The notes: a model not told the origin generated them from the sequence alone. Shown: positions 1 through 10,806, numbered from the stretch's first letter. The stretch is 64,000 nucleotides of DNA from Candidatus Omnitrophota bacterium (GCA_023819255.1 JAMWBU010000005.1:1657-65656), one strand, 5' to 3'. Numbers and translations: made by a program.

Positions 1-371
1 AGGATTCTGTATGAACTTGTCTGATATGTGGCAGTGCGTACAACCCAGCCGATCCCTTTTCTGTGCATTCCTGGACAGCGAAACAGCAACATATTGGGTA
101 AATACGAGTCAATGCATTCCCTGTCTGGATAGTTCAGGACATACCCGGATCTATATCCTATTTCCGGCCATCCCCAACCATCATAGTCCTCCGAGTACAG
201 CAGCACCCCCAAATAAATCTGTTTCAGGTTATTAATGCAAGCCGCCTTGCGCGCCTGTTCGCGCGCCCTGGACAACACCGGCAGTAGCATCGCTGCTAAA
301 ATAGCAATAATCGCTATCACCACCAACAATTCTATGAGCGTAAAACCCTCCATCGGTCCTGTTCTTTTCAT
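1..371 (-). CDS. Prepilin-type N-terminal cleavage/methylation domain protein, DUF1559 family (5' part only; C-terminus lies beyond window start)
   Basis: Reverse-strand translation from ATG at 371..369 gives [52 protein letters not shown]..., a classic type IV pilin-like leader plus hydrophobic helix. AGGAGG lies 8 nt upstream (plus 378-383). The ORF runs off the window edge, so it is absent from the ORF track. It is a paralog of the 26869..27579 gene. Confidence 0.7.
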   Translation of the reverse strand, partial: MKRTGPMEGFTLIELLVVIAIIAILAAMLLPVLSRAREQARKAACINNLKQIYLGVLLYSEDYDGWGWPEIGYRSGYVLNYPDRECIDSYLPNMLLFRCPGMHRKGIGWVVRTATYQTSSYRI

Positions 372-396
372 ATCGCCACACCTCCTTTTTCATTAC

Positions 397-985
397 CTAC
401 TTGTGTTCAGCAGTACTTTCCCGTACAATCAGTTCCGGCTGAATAACTACACTTTTAATCTCATCAGGTTTATCCGTCGACAGAATCTCCATAAGGAGTT
501 TTACCGCTTCCCTTCCAACTTTTTCGACATGGGTGTCCACTGTCGTCAAGGCAGGTTGAATCAGAGACGATTCGGAAATATTATCAAGCCCAACGATACT
601 TAAATCACCAGGAACTCAAAGGTTGTGCTTTCTGCAATAATCCAGAATGTGGAGAGCACGATAATCGTTAGCGGCAAATATGGCTGCAGGCGGATCAGGA
701 AGAGAAAAAAGTTCTTCCATAACCAGTTCATCCTGGTTCTTATCTGCGCCATTGGTTTCCTTCATAAGGTTCCAATCCAGCGGTATCCTTGCCTTTCGCA
801 AAGCCTTCTGGTATCCTTTGAACCTGGGAAGAAACCAGGCAGAGGTTATAGGTCCGGTAATGAAACCTATTCTTTTGTGGCCAAGCTCAATAAGATACTT
901 TGTTGCCAGATAGCCTGCCTTCTTCAAATCAATGATTACTGAATGGGTACCCGGCCTTAGAGACAGTTGGATATTATTTGCAAGT
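397..985 (-). pseudogene. LacI-family transcriptional regulator remnant (N-terminal HTH missing, internal frameshift near 612)
   Basis: ORF 616..927(-) encodes a LacI sugar-binding core (KRIGFITGP...AIFAANDYRALHILDYCRKHNL) and ends at a stop. The C-terminal LacI motif continues in the +1 frame (VPGDLSIVGLDNISESSLIQPALTTVDTH...) down to a stop at about 397. Upstream of 927 the frame (..LSLRPGTHSVIIDL) hits stops and no HTH domain is present. Confidence 0.55.
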
Positions 986-1056
986 AGATGTTAAATTTCT
1001 TGATAACTGAAAAACACCTTATGAAAAATTGTAATGATTGGCAGAAATACAAACTC

Positions 1057-2187
1057 CTAATTTTTCAGCCAACCTGTCATTTTTGCAAGAATTCTACCAT
1101 ATTCAATGAAATTTCCCCATGAAATATCAGGTGGTACCCCATGATCGCAGGAAGGAATATACCCACCATCTTCAAGCAAAAATGGAATAAAACTCATTGC
1201 TTCTTCAAGTGCCTTTCCGCCCTTTGCTATTGCCCTTTTGTCTACTCCGCCTCTATAAGCCATGTTTTTCCCGAATTTTTTTCTGTATTCAATAAGATTG
1301 TTCCCTGCTGCTATCTCGATCGGGCTGCATACATCTACGCCTGACTCTATCCAGACAGGAATTAATTCGCCAATATAGCCGTCAGAATCAATTTCAATTA
1401 ATTTACATCCATTTTGCCTTGCTTTTTCACTCCAGGATTCCCAGCATGGAGCAAGAAATTTTTTTGCCATCTGTGGAGAGATCATGCTTTTTTCTTTATA
1501 TGCCATATCCTCACTTATAAGAATATGGTCACATGTTGCCTTTTCAAAAAATCTTTCCATCACAACAAGAACAAAACCTTTCCAGAATTCTGCCATTTCT
1601 TCAACAAAATCAGGATCCTCGATCATAAGCATACAAAGTCCTTCAAATCCGCACCATTCCCTCAGCTGCCAGAATGGACCATGAAAAGAAAGGGACTGAA
1701 GCCATGTCCTGTTTTTGTTTGCTATTGCAAGCTCATCGAAATTTTGCGGAAGTCTTACTGGATCATATGGGTCATACCTTTTTTTCATCTCATACCAGTC
1801 ATTTCTTGTTTCAACCGGAAACTTATGCCATTTTCGTGTGACAAAGTCCTTCGCAGCGCGAAGATAAGATAAATCGTAAGTATCAGAAATTTCCACAATT
1901 GCGCCCATCCAATCCTGGACAATGTAATGACCTTCCTCGTGCTTTAGTATTTTTTCTTCAAAAATCGGATTCATCGCAAATGAAACACTGATGTATTTTG
2001 AGGTATCGGGTTTTTTATATTCAATTCCGATAATTGAACAGAGCGCTTCCATATAATCCTGATTTTCGCCAAGGCCTTCAGAGCGCCACCTTCTTAGCGT
2101 TGACTCCCTTGGACCACCAGGGATAAAACTAATCTTATCTGGTTTGCTGAAATCAAGAGAAGCGATAAATCTTTCTCTAAAATTCAT
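1057..2187 (-). CDS. Uroporphyrinogen decarboxylase (URO-D/MtaA-CmuA-like) family protein
   Basis: 376 aa. The C-terminal half has the URO-D-like pattern (SDGYIGELIPVWIESGVDVCSPIEIAAGNNL...YRGGVD...GGYIPSCDHG). Stop overlaps the start of the next paralog by 4 nt. Confidence 0.55.
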   Translation of the reverse strand: MNFRERFIASLDFSKPDKISFIPGGPRESTLRRWRSEGLGENQDYMEALCSIIGIEYKKPDTSKYISVSFAMNPIFEEKILKHEEGHYIVQDWMGAIVEISDTYDLSYLRAAKDFVTRKWHKFPVETRNDWYEMKKRYDPYDPVRLPQNFDELAIANKNRTWLQSLSFHGPFWQLREWCGFEGLCMLMIEDPDFVEEMAEFWKGFVLVVMERFFEKATCDHILISEDMAYKEKSMISPQMAKKFLAPCWESWSEKARQNGCKLIEIDSDGYIGELIPVWIESGVDVCSPIEIAAGNNLIEYRKKFGKNMAYRGGVDKRAIAKGGKALEEAMSFIPFLLEDGGYIPSCDHGVPPDISWGNFIEYGRILAKMTGWLKN

Positions 2188-3329
2188 AATCTCTCCTTTT
2201 TTCTGGAAAACTTTTTATCCTGTAAACTGTGCCATATTTCAATTACCTGTTCCGGCTCTTCTCCTGCGAAAATCTGTGGCACAAATATCAAATTACCCTT
2301 TCTTTCAAGGGGTTCAAGCACGCGCATAAAATAATCAGACAGAGATTCTTTTTCAAATCTTTTTACTGTTCCAAAGTATGTCTTTCCGCTTTGTGCAATG
2401 GCCTTCATAGTATCTTTCCAGTCAAACCGCTCAGGATTGCCGAAATTGATAATTTTTATATAAGGGCACTGAAGAAAAAATTCCATCAGGTGAGAGCCAC
2501 TTCCGCAAAAATGCAAAAATGCGCCAAACTTAGAAATTGATTTCTCAAAATATGGATAAACCTTTTTAAAAAGTTCGGGTGAAAGCAAAGTTGTTGTGTC
2601 ATCGCAGGTCCTGACACCGGCGCTGGCCATAAAAATTCCGCTGTGAAATCCCTGGCTTAACGGTTCACCAATAAAGCCCTTCATAAAGGAACTTGCAGAA
2701 ACATAAACATATGTTGTAAGAGTAAGAATGTGCTCAACAAATTTCTCGTCGTCAAAAAACTCGGTAAAAATTCTATCTCCTGCGATAAGATGAGCCAAAT
2801 CAAATACTCCCTGAGTATCAGAAAGATAAATTTTGACAAACGGAATGTCTTCAAGTTTTTTCTTATAGAATTCAGTGTATCTGATCCAGTCAGGCATCAA
2901 TCCCTTTTTTTCAACTGGCTCAAAATCTTCAGCCTTCAGCTTCAAAATTTCATTTTTATCGAGGTGCTCTTTTAACCATGGCATCTTATCAGGAAAAATC
3001 TCCTGCTTAAGTCCAAAGATTGTTGCAAGGAAACCTGTTCCGAAATTTACCCTTACGCATGGGATATTGTCTCCTTTTCCTCTGAGCACTGAAAGACATC
3101 CCCATAATTGAGTATAGAGCATCTTTTCAGGGTCATAGAATTGCTGCTTCATATCACAGGATGGAAATTTTTCAATCTCAGGCGCTTTGCCATAAAGAAC
3201 TATGGGAATATAATCCGGCTCAATATTATTCTGGACTGCTTCTTGCCTTTTTATGGCAAGCGCCTGTCTTTTTTCATCATTTTCCTTCTCTATCATTTCA
3301 ATCAGTTCATCAAGCGGAACTTTTTCCAT
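2184..3329 (-). CDS. URO-D-like family protein (second paralog)
   Basis: 381 aa. Similar size and architecture to the neighbour, with HFCGSGSHLMEF and MASAGVRTCDDTT motifs typical of this TIM-barrel family. Translationally coupled to the upstream paralog. Confidence 0.45.
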   Translation of the reverse strand: MEKVPLDELIEMIEKENDEKRQALAIKRQEAVQNNIEPDYIPIVLYGKAPEIEKFPSCDMKQQFYDPEKMLYTQLWGCLSVLRGKGDNIPCVRVNFGTGFLATIFGLKQEIFPDKMPWLKEHLDKNEILKLKAEDFEPVEKKGLMPDWIRYTEFYKKKLEDIPFVKIYLSDTQGVFDLAHLIAGDRIFTEFFDDEKFVEHILTLTTYVYVSASSFMKGFIGEPLSQGFHSGIFMASAGVRTCDDTTTLLSPELFKKVYPYFEKSISKFGAFLHFCGSGSHLMEFFLQCPYIKIINFGNPERFDWKDTMKAIAQSGKTYFGTVKRFEKESLSDYFMRVLEPLERKGNLIFVPQIFAGEEPEQVIEIWHSLQDKKFSRKKERL

Positions 3330-3457
3330 ATAACTCTCCTTTTAACATACTGCGAAAAGGAACATCTTCGAAAATCAGCTATTTTAATGCTAAAAAACCA
3401 TTCGCCAGAAATCTCTCAGGATATCTTTGTATCTGTGAATTTTTATTACTGTATCTT

Positions 3458-6442
3458 TCATTCTGGCATCACGATAAAATCAAAAGCGCCTTCAAGGTCC
3501 ATTGTGATTATTGTTTGCTTTGCTTTTTTTTCAATAGATTTCAATGTGCTTTCTGTTGAAAAGGGCTTCCCCTTTAACGACTGGTTAATTATCAATTTCA
3601 GGTTTTCAACCGGTTTTCCTGACCAGTTTGATATTGTGATTATCTTTGCCTTTTTTCCTTCAATAAGATTTGCCTCAACAAGGTAGTTATCAGTAAAAAC
3701 AGGCGCATTATATTCAAAACTGGAAACAATGTCCTTAAACATCTTTCTTATGGATTCAGGATACTCAGGAGGACAATCAGAAAAAGAAGAAACCCTTTCT
3801 TTCTGTCTGTTTGCGATCACAGCTGAACGCATGTAAGAAATCCCGGGTAAAAAACCACTTATCGCAATTTTCCCTCTGCCCTTTGTTTTTATTGCAAGGG
3901 CAGGATTTCCATCAGAAAAAAATGCGATTGCCTGAGAACTGCTTACATTTTTCATCTTTTGAAACCCGCACACAAGCTCGATTGTTTCTGAAACTGTGGA
4001 ATCAGCAAGTTTAACAAAATCAAAAGGTTTCAACGCAGGCAATCCATAGTAATCGCTGCCTGGTTCAGAAATAAAGTTGAATGCGTCTCTATTTATTCCA
4101 AGATGACTGTCAATGTTTTGTGGATTGTTAAATCTATCATAAATTGCACTTCCTGCGTCAATGAAGAGAAAACCACCATCTGCAGTCCATTCAAAAAGAT
4201 TCTGCATAACCTCTGAAGGAATATGAGAACCTGTAACAAAAATTGCCTTATAGGGTTTAATTTTTCTGTCTATCACATCTTTTTCTGTGATGATATCACA
4301 TTCATATCCAAGATGTCTCAATATAAGCCATAGCCCCATCCTCTCTTTGCCAGAAACAGATGTTGCCTGTTTCAATGTCCATATATCTGTGGTTTGAGAA
4401 TATAAAATAGCCACAGAACTTTTTCGAACTGATGCTTCAAGCAGATAGTCTTCAATTTTCCCGATAGAGTGATTTATTTTCTGTACAGCCGCATATAGGG
4501 AAGGTTCTGGAAGTGGACAGTCAATTCCTGCATAATAGGGTCCATAATTGTAGTAATATATTGCCTTTGCGCCGTGGCCTATCTCAGACGCAACCTTTGC
4601 CTGGGTATCCCAGGGATTTCTGAATATACAATACATTCCAAAGCGATTCTTTGAAGCAGAGCGTAGAAAATCAGCGCGATAACCGCACAGTTGATGGGTT
4701 GTTCCATGATTCAACCAATCCTCTGTCCAGCCAAAAGTAAGAGCGCCTGATTCAAAAATCAAAAACCAGTCGTCTCCTGAATGAAGCATATTCCCGGTAT
4801 ACGTCAGATATTCGCCAAGGTTAGCCGTGGTCTTGGGGTCAGGCGTAAAACTTCCCAGCAAATCTGTTCCGATTTTAAAAAATTCAGCCAGCACCCAGTT
4901 TCTGTAAAGTGCTGTATAATAATATCTTGGGCCATCTTCGGGATTATTTGACGGAAAAATCTGTTCAAGCTCATTCATCCCGAATACTTCTGGCTTGACT
5001 TTTGTTTTTCTCAAAAATTCCCTGAACTTTACGTGGCAGATACTGCATTTGACGATATGCTCCATGCTCACAGAACCAGGTTCATCCATCTGGCTCCATG
5101 CAACCATATCCTTAAAAAGGTCCTGTTTTAAAAATTTTTCTCCAGCTGAATTAACGATATTCTTAATTGCGTCCAGCTGTGGATCCGCAAGACAGCCATT
5201 TCTTGCAAGATGGAAATATGTTGCACCGCCTTTATACTTTGTAAACCCGGCTTCATAGTATAAAGGATCATAACTCCCGATACTGTTAAATCCCATTTTC
5301 GAAAGCACATAAAATTCATTTTCTAAAGTCGCCGGCTGGTAGAAAGAGGAATTCACTGCACAACCTGTCATAACAGGAAATTTTTCCGGCCTTTTGCCGG
5401 CAACTTCAGGAAGTTTTTTTGCAATCCCGTATCCCTTCATACTTCCTTCAAGATCACTGATGATTTTGTCTCTTTTTGACAGGTCAATAAGTAGCAACAT
5501 ACCTGAGCCTTTGCCTGACCTTGTAAAGGTCTTGAAAATTCCATCGTCAGATGGAGTGCTCGATAAAAAAACTGTAAATTCAGAAGACTCAACTCCAGTA
5601 TAATATTCCTGCATTGCCATCAGTTCAAGCTTATGGTCGCCCATCACATCAAAAAAAGATGTGGTGTTAATCCATGGAGACTCATCGCCTGCTCTTAAAA
5701 AATTAGGATTTTCTCCTTCAGGCCTGTATCCTGTAAAACATCCGTAGACAAGACCTGTTTTGAAAATGTTCGAATGCGGAATATGCCATGGTGGCTGGGG
5801 CCTTCTTCCAAAGATATGTATAACACATGGATATTTATGGTTCTTTCCCATGCGAACCTTCATATAAAGCTGCTCTGTGAAATCCGCCATTACAGGTTCA
5901 TAATCCTTTTCATCGCATAAAACGATTATATCGATATGCCTTGTGACCCAGGACGCGCCACCGCGCGGTTCAACCTTCGTAACCACAATATCTGCAGAAC
6001 CTGCCTGTAAATTCACATCAAACCAATCCCAGACAAACTGTCCGTATCCATCCCCCCATTTTTTCTTTCCATCATCGGTATTTCTCAAGCTTTCATTATC
6101 AAAAGTTCTCTCTGCTTTAATATTATCCTGCTGAACAATACTTACCTTAAACATACCCCTGTATGGAAGAATATCAAGATACCTGACCCATAGTTTGTAC
6201 TCGCCCGCTTTTTTTATATTGACTGTTTTTCTTGCTTCCGCAGGACCCCCGATTGAACCTCTAAGCATCTTCCCTTTCGAAGGGAATCCGTAGTACCATC
6301 CAGGAAAGTGTTCAACAACCTGCCACTTCTGTGTTTCAACAGTAATCATATCCTCTGCTTCGAAAAATATCTTTTCAGCAAAGGCCTGTGAAAAGAAAAT
6401 AAAAAGCAAAATAATACTCGCATAGAAAAATTTTTTATTCAT
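3458..6442 (-). CDS. Secreted large protein, putative carbohydrate-active enzyme (function uncertain)
   Basis: 994 aa with an N-terminal signal peptide (MNKKFFYASIILLFIFFSQAFA). No motif I can name with certainty. Its size and neighbourhood with glycan-degrading genes suggest an extracellular glycosidase or binding protein. Confidence 0.35.
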   Translation of the reverse strand: MNKKFFYASIILLFIFFSQAFAEKIFFEAEDMITVETQKWQVVEHFPGWYYGFPSKGKMLRGSIGGPAEARKTVNIKKAGEYKLWVRYLDILPYRGMFKVSIVQQDNIKAERTFDNESLRNTDDGKKKWGDGYGQFVWDWFDVNLQAGSADIVVTKVEPRGGASWVTRHIDIIVLCDEKDYEPVMADFTEQLYMKVRMGKNHKYPCVIHIFGRRPQPPWHIPHSNIFKTGLVYGCFTGYRPEGENPNFLRAGDESPWINTTSFFDVMGDHKLELMAMQEYYTGVESSEFTVFLSSTPSDDGIFKTFTRSGKGSGMLLLIDLSKRDKIISDLEGSMKGYGIAKKLPEVAGKRPEKFPVMTGCAVNSSFYQPATLENEFYVLSKMGFNSIGSYDPLYYEAGFTKYKGGATYFHLARNGCLADPQLDAIKNIVNSAGEKFLKQDLFKDMVAWSQMDEPGSVSMEHIVKCSICHVKFREFLRKTKVKPEVFGMNELEQIFPSNNPEDGPRYYYTALYRNWVLAEFFKIGTDLLGSFTPDPKTTANLGEYLTYTGNMLHSGDDWFLIFESGALTFGWTEDWLNHGTTHQLCGYRADFLRSASKNRFGMYCIFRNPWDTQAKVASEIGHGAKAIYYYNYGPYYAGIDCPLPEPSLYAAVQKINHSIGKIEDYLLEASVRKSSVAILYSQTTDIWTLKQATSVSGKERMGLWLILRHLGYECDIITEKDVIDRKIKPYKAIFVTGSHIPSEVMQNLFEWTADGGFLFIDAGSAIYDRFNNPQNIDSHLGINRDAFNFISEPGSDYYGLPALKPFDFVKLADSTVSETIELVCGFQKMKNVSSSQAIAFFSDGNPALAIKTKGRGKIAISGFLPGISYMRSAVIANRQKERVSSFSDCPPEYPESIRKMFKDIVSSFEYNAPVFTDNYLVEANLIEGKKAKIITISNWSGKPVENLKLIINQSLKGKPFSTESTLKSIEKKAKQTIITMDLEGAFDFIVMPE

Positions 6443-6594
6443 CTTTTTCCTTCAATTTATAAAATTATTTTCTATCCTGTTTCTGAAACCTTCGTCATTA
6501 ATGATCTTGAATTAATCCAGAATATTTTTATTCAATATCCATTATATGTTATCCTGAATTAACGAAAACTCAAAGCCAAAGTATAATATAGATT

Positions 6595-7737
6595 ATGAAA
6601 ATCGTCATTTGCCCTGACTCATTCAAAGGCTCTTTCAGCGCGAAAGAGGTTGCAAAAGCCATCCGGAAAGGAATGAAAAGCGTTTTAACGGATGCACAAT
6701 ATTCAATTCTACCAATGGCTGATGGTGGGGAGGGAACCACTGACGCTCTTTTAAATGCCATAGGCGGGAAAAAATATAAAGCACTTGTCTCTGACCCCCT
6801 GGGAAGAAAAATCTGCGCAGAGTATGCAATTCTGTCTGATGGTACAGGCGTAATTGAAATGGCATCAGCAAGTGGATTACCACTATTGAAGCCAGAAGAG
6901 AGAAATCCGCTTCTCACATCAACATATGGCACAGGCCAACTTATTCTGGAGCTCATCAAAAAAAAAGTTAAATCATTCCTGATAGGTGTTGGCGGAAGCG
7001 CAACAGTCGATGGCGGAATGGGAATGGCAAAAGCCCTTGGAGTCAAATTTTATTCAAGGTCAAAAAAAGAATTAAGAGAAGGTGGTGGATTTCTTGGAAA
7101 ACTTGTAAAAATTGACACTTCAGGAATAAATGTTGATGTTTTGAGAACCGATATTACTGTTCTTTGCGATGTTACAAATCCATTGACCGGCAGATACGGA
7201 GCAGCAAAGGTTTTTGCACCGCAAAAAGGCGCCGACATAAAAATGGTGGAGCTCCTTGAAAAAAACCTCCGCCATTATGCGCAAGTCATACGAGAGCAAT
7301 TAAAAAAAGATGTTGAAAACATACCTGGTTCTGGTGCCGCGGGAGGTCTGGCAGCAGGTCTTGTTGCCTTTCTCAATGCAAAAATTAAAGAAGGAAGCAA
7401 ATTTATCGCAGAAAAAATAGAACTCGAAAAACATATAAAGGATGCTGACATTGTTATAACAGGAGAAGGCAGGATCGATGGCCAGGTGAGTTTTGGAAAA
7501 ACCATCATGGCAGTCCTTGAAAAAGCAAAAAGGCATAATGTACCTGTGATTGCCCTCTGTGGAATTAAATCAGGTTCAATCGACGATTTGTACAGAAACG
7601 GACTTACCGCTGTTTTCTCAATTGTACCGGGACCGGTAAAACTTGAAGAATCAATAAAAAACGCCGGTGATTTCATTAAAGATACATCGAGGGAAATCGC
7701 TAGGTTGATAAAATGTTTCTGCAGGAAAAGATTGTAG
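6595..7737 (+). CDS. glxK: Glycerate kinase (GarK/GlxK family)
   Basis: 380 aa. N-terminus MKIVICPDSFKGSFSAKEVAKAI and the overall length and pattern match the glycerate kinase family. Confidence 0.75.
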   Translation: MKIVICPDSFKGSFSAKEVAKAIRKGMKSVLTDAQYSILPMADGGEGTTDALLNAIGGKKYKALVSDPLGRKICAEYAILSDGTGVIEMASASGLPLLKPEERNPLLTSTYGTGQLILELIKKKVKSFLIGVGGSATVDGGMGMAKALGVKFYSRSKKELREGGGFLGKLVKIDTSGINVDVLRTDITVLCDVTNPLTGRYGAAKVFAPQKGADIKMVELLEKNLRHYAQVIREQLKKDVENIPGSGAAGGLAAGLVAFLNAKIKEGSKFIAEKIELEKHIKDADIVITGEGRIDGQVSFGKTIMAVLEKAKRHNVPVIALCGIKSGSIDDLYRNGLTAVFSIVPGPVKLEESIKNAGDFIKDTSREIARLIKCFCRKRL

Positions 7738-10682
7738 AATTCAGAAAATCCTCTTTGTTGACAGGTATTGTTGAAAAATTAAGAAAGGGCCGGTACCCTT
7801 TGTTTTTTTGCAGTAAAAATTATGGATTTTTTTCTTTCCTTGTATCGAGCCTTTGCTGCGATTTAAAGGATAAAATTTTTCTTGTTATCTGCCAGGATCC
7901 TGAAACTGCGGAAATCTTTTATTCAAACATAAAAACCTTTCTGGATAAGTCAGTCATTCTTTTCCCAGAAAAGGATGTTCACCTCCCACCCGACCATCCT
8001 GTACAGGCAAAAGAAATAGAAAGGGTGATGTGCCTGGCAGATTTAATCAAAAAAAATTGCAGCGCTGTCGTCACATCAATTCAGGCAATATCAGTTTTGC
8101 TGCCTGATATATCAAATTTTGTCCAGCACATCATAGAAATAAGGCCCGGACTTGAGATAAAACGTGAAAAACTTATCTCTCGCCTTATTGCCTATGGATA
8201 CGAAGAGGTTGAGGTCGTTGAAAACCCGGGGGAATTTTGTAGAAGAGGCGGAATAATTGATTTTTTCCAGTTCAAAGGTCAGGCAATAAGAATCGTATTT
8301 GTAGGAGACACAGTGGAATCAATAAGAACATTTGATCCGCAAACACAGATGTCAACAGGAAAAATTGAAAACTGCAAGCTTATTTCGTTAAATGAAAGTT
8401 TCATCAGCGCTCAAAATAGGTCAAGTATCTTTGATTACGCAGGAGAAAACAGAATTATCTTTCTGGTAGGTGCAGCTTCTTTTGAAGATAAACACAGGCA
8501 ACTTAAACAGTTGTGCCATCGCTCAATAAAAAAAGATATCATTGAAATGGACATTTTGAAAACGCAAATTTCCCGGTCAATTTCTCTGGAGCTTGAAATC
8601 CCACCGGATGCCGAAATCGACAGAATTGTTGTTTTCCCTGTGGACACTCCTTCAAGATTTGGCTTCACTGGTGAACAATTCGTCTGGAATCCAGTGAAAA
8701 ATGAACAGATTTTTATTGTTGAAGAAAACAAAATTCACAGGGAAAATCTGAAGAAAATTTTAAAAGACCACAATGTTGAGATTGATGACAATCATTTCAT
8801 TGATGGATATCTTTCAGACCCTTTTACCTTTCCTGTGATAAATTTGACGCTTATTAACACTACCACAATCTTTAATGCAAAACCGGGAAGACCTTTTCGC
8901 AGATTTATGGAGTCGCTACCAGTAACTGAAAGAGACCAGCTTTCTGATGGTGATTATGTCGTCCATTACCAGTATGGTATTGCAAAATTTGACGGTTTTG
9001 AAAAAATCGGTCCCGGTGATGAGGAATTCTTAAAGCTTGAGTTTGCAGAAGGCGAAAAACTTTATCTTCCTTTAAGCGATATTGAATTCATCCATAAATA
9101 TGTTGGGACAAAAGAGAATCCGCAATTGAGTAAGCTCGGAAGCAAAACCTGGATAAAGATAAGAAACGGCGTGAAAGAAGGAATTCAGAATATTGCGAGA
9201 GAACTCTATAATCTGTATGTCGAAAGAAAACACGGTAGGGGCTTTGCATACCCTGAAGATGATGAGTTTCAAAGAATGATTGAAGAAAAATTTCCATACC
9301 AGGAAACTGTTGACCAGCTCAGGGCAATTGAGGAAATAAAAAAGGACCTCCAGAGCACGAAAATTATGGACAGACTTCTGTGCGGAGATTCAGGATATGG
9401 AAAAACGGAACTGGCGATTCGCGCTGCTTTCAAGGTAGTTTCCGGAGGAAAACAGGTGGCTCTACTTTGTCCAACAACAGTGCTTGCTCAACAGCATTTA
9501 AGAACATTCAGGCAGAGAATGCATGGATTCCCGGTAAATATTGAAATGCTTTCCAGATTATATTCGACCTCGCGGCAGAAAAAAATACTTGAACAAATCG
9601 CAACAGGTAAAATTGATATCATCATAGGTACACATAGAATCCTGCAGGAAGATGTCTTATTCAAAAATCTCGGACTTATCATTATCGATGAAGAACAGAG
9701 ATTCGGCGTGTTGCACAAAGAAAAACTCAAAACAAAATTCAGAAACATCGAGGTTTTAACCCTCACTGCGACTCCGATTCCGAGAACGTTGTATTTTTCC
9801 CTTTCTGGTTTGAGGGATATCAGTTTGCTTGAAACCCCGCCGGAGGGAAGATTATCTGTTGCCACATATGTTGGAAGATACAGCGATACGATAGTAAGAA
9901 TGGCAATTCTTAATGAGCTTGAAAGACAGGGACAGATTTTTTATCTTCACAATAGAATCTATGACATACACACTGTCAAGAATAAATTGCAACAGATGTT
10001 TCCTGCAACAAACATTGCCATTGCTCACGGAAGAATGAGCGAACAGAATCTCGCTTCTGTTATGGAGGACTTCTCGGATGGAAAAATTCAGATACTTGTT
10101 GCCACAACAATCGTTGAAAACGGACTTGATGTTCCAAACGCAAATACCCTGATTGTTGACAATGCGCATCTTTTTGGTCTGGCTGACCTTTATCAGCTGC
10201 GGGGAAGGGTTGGAAGATACAGGGTAAAGGCATATGCGTATTTTCTCATTCCCGGCCATCTTCCTATATCAGAACAGACAAAGGAAAGATTGAAAGCCCT
10301 CAGCGAACTTGTAAAGCCAGGAAGCGGAATGAAAATTGCGATGAGAGACCTTCAAATTCGAGGAGCAGGAGATATTCTTGGAAAGAAGCAGAGCGGATAT
10401 ATCAATCAGGTTGGATTTGAGCTTTACTGCAGGTTCTGGAAGGAAGTATCTTCTAAATATACTGGCGAAAAGGTGCAAGAGCCACAAACCCGACCGATGC
10501 TGCGCGGTTTTATCGATCCTGAGTGGATCCCAGCGCCTGGATTGAGATTTGAACTTTACAAAAGAATTTCTGAAATACAGGATTTTCAACATGCAAAAAT
10601 AATTCTTGAGGAATTAGAAGATAGATTTGGTCAGATTCCTGAAAAGGTGAAAAAAATGATTTTATCTATATCAACTGTGTGA
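7713..10682 (+). CDS. mfd: Transcription-repair coupling factor Mfd
   Basis: 989 aa. Superfamily-2 helicase motifs (DSGYGKTE, DEEQRFGV, LTLTATPIPRTL), a RecG-like translocase module and a TRCF C-terminal region. Overlaps the glxK end by 25 nt. Confidence 0.85.
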   Translation: MFLQEKIVEFRKSSLLTGIVEKLRKGRYPLFFCSKNYGFFSFLVSSLCCDLKDKIFLVICQDPETAEIFYSNIKTFLDKSVILFPEKDVHLPPDHPVQAKEIERVMCLADLIKKNCSAVVTSIQAISVLLPDISNFVQHIIEIRPGLEIKREKLISRLIAYGYEEVEVVENPGEFCRRGGIIDFFQFKGQAIRIVFVGDTVESIRTFDPQTQMSTGKIENCKLISLNESFISAQNRSSIFDYAGENRIIFLVGAASFEDKHRQLKQLCHRSIKKDIIEMDILKTQISRSISLELEIPPDAEIDRIVVFPVDTPSRFGFTGEQFVWNPVKNEQIFIVEENKIHRENLKKILKDHNVEIDDNHFIDGYLSDPFTFPVINLTLINTTTIFNAKPGRPFRRFMESLPVTERDQLSDGDYVVHYQYGIAKFDGFEKIGPGDEEFLKLEFAEGEKLYLPLSDIEFIHKYVGTKENPQLSKLGSKTWIKIRNGVKEGIQNIARELYNLYVERKHGRGFAYPEDDEFQRMIEEKFPYQETVDQLRAIEEIKKDLQSTKIMDRLLCGDSGYGKTELAIRAAFKVVSGGKQVALLCPTTVLAQQHLRTFRQRMHGFPVNIEMLSRLYSTSRQKKILEQIATGKIDIIIGTHRILQEDVLFKNLGLIIIDEEQRFGVLHKEKLKTKFRNIEVLTLTATPIPRTLYFSLSGLRDISLLETPPEGRLSVATYVGRYSDTIVRMAILNELERQGQIFYLHNRIYDIHTVKNKLQQMFPATNIAIAHGRMSEQNLASVMEDFSDGKIQILVATTIVENGLDVPNANTLIVDNAHLFGLADLYQLRGRVGRYRVKAYAYFLIPGHLPISEQTKERLKALSELVKPGSGMKIAMRDLQIRGAGDILGKKQSGYINQVGFELYCRFWKEVSSKYTGEKVQEPQTRPMLRGFIDPEWIPAPGLRFELYKRISEIQDFQHAKIILEELEDRFGQIPEKVKKMILSISTV

Positions 10683-10806
10683 GATGTTTGTTTTTTCCCA
10701 TCTTTCTCAAAGAGTGGTTGTGCGCGCACCTGCTAGATTTCTTTGACTTAAACAGCAAAATATGCTTTATTAACAACAGATTAAATTTAAACAATGGAGG
10801 TTTAAT

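Noticed and set aside
235-942. Plus-strand ORFs 235..603, 625..942 and 680..913
   Set aside because: They lie antisense to the DUF1559 pilin gene and the LacI remnant, and have low-complexity translations with no recognisable domain. Judged spurious.
6570-7046. ORFs 6570..7046(-) and 6635..6883(-)
   Set aside because: Antisense to the strongly supported glycerate kinase gene. Spurious.
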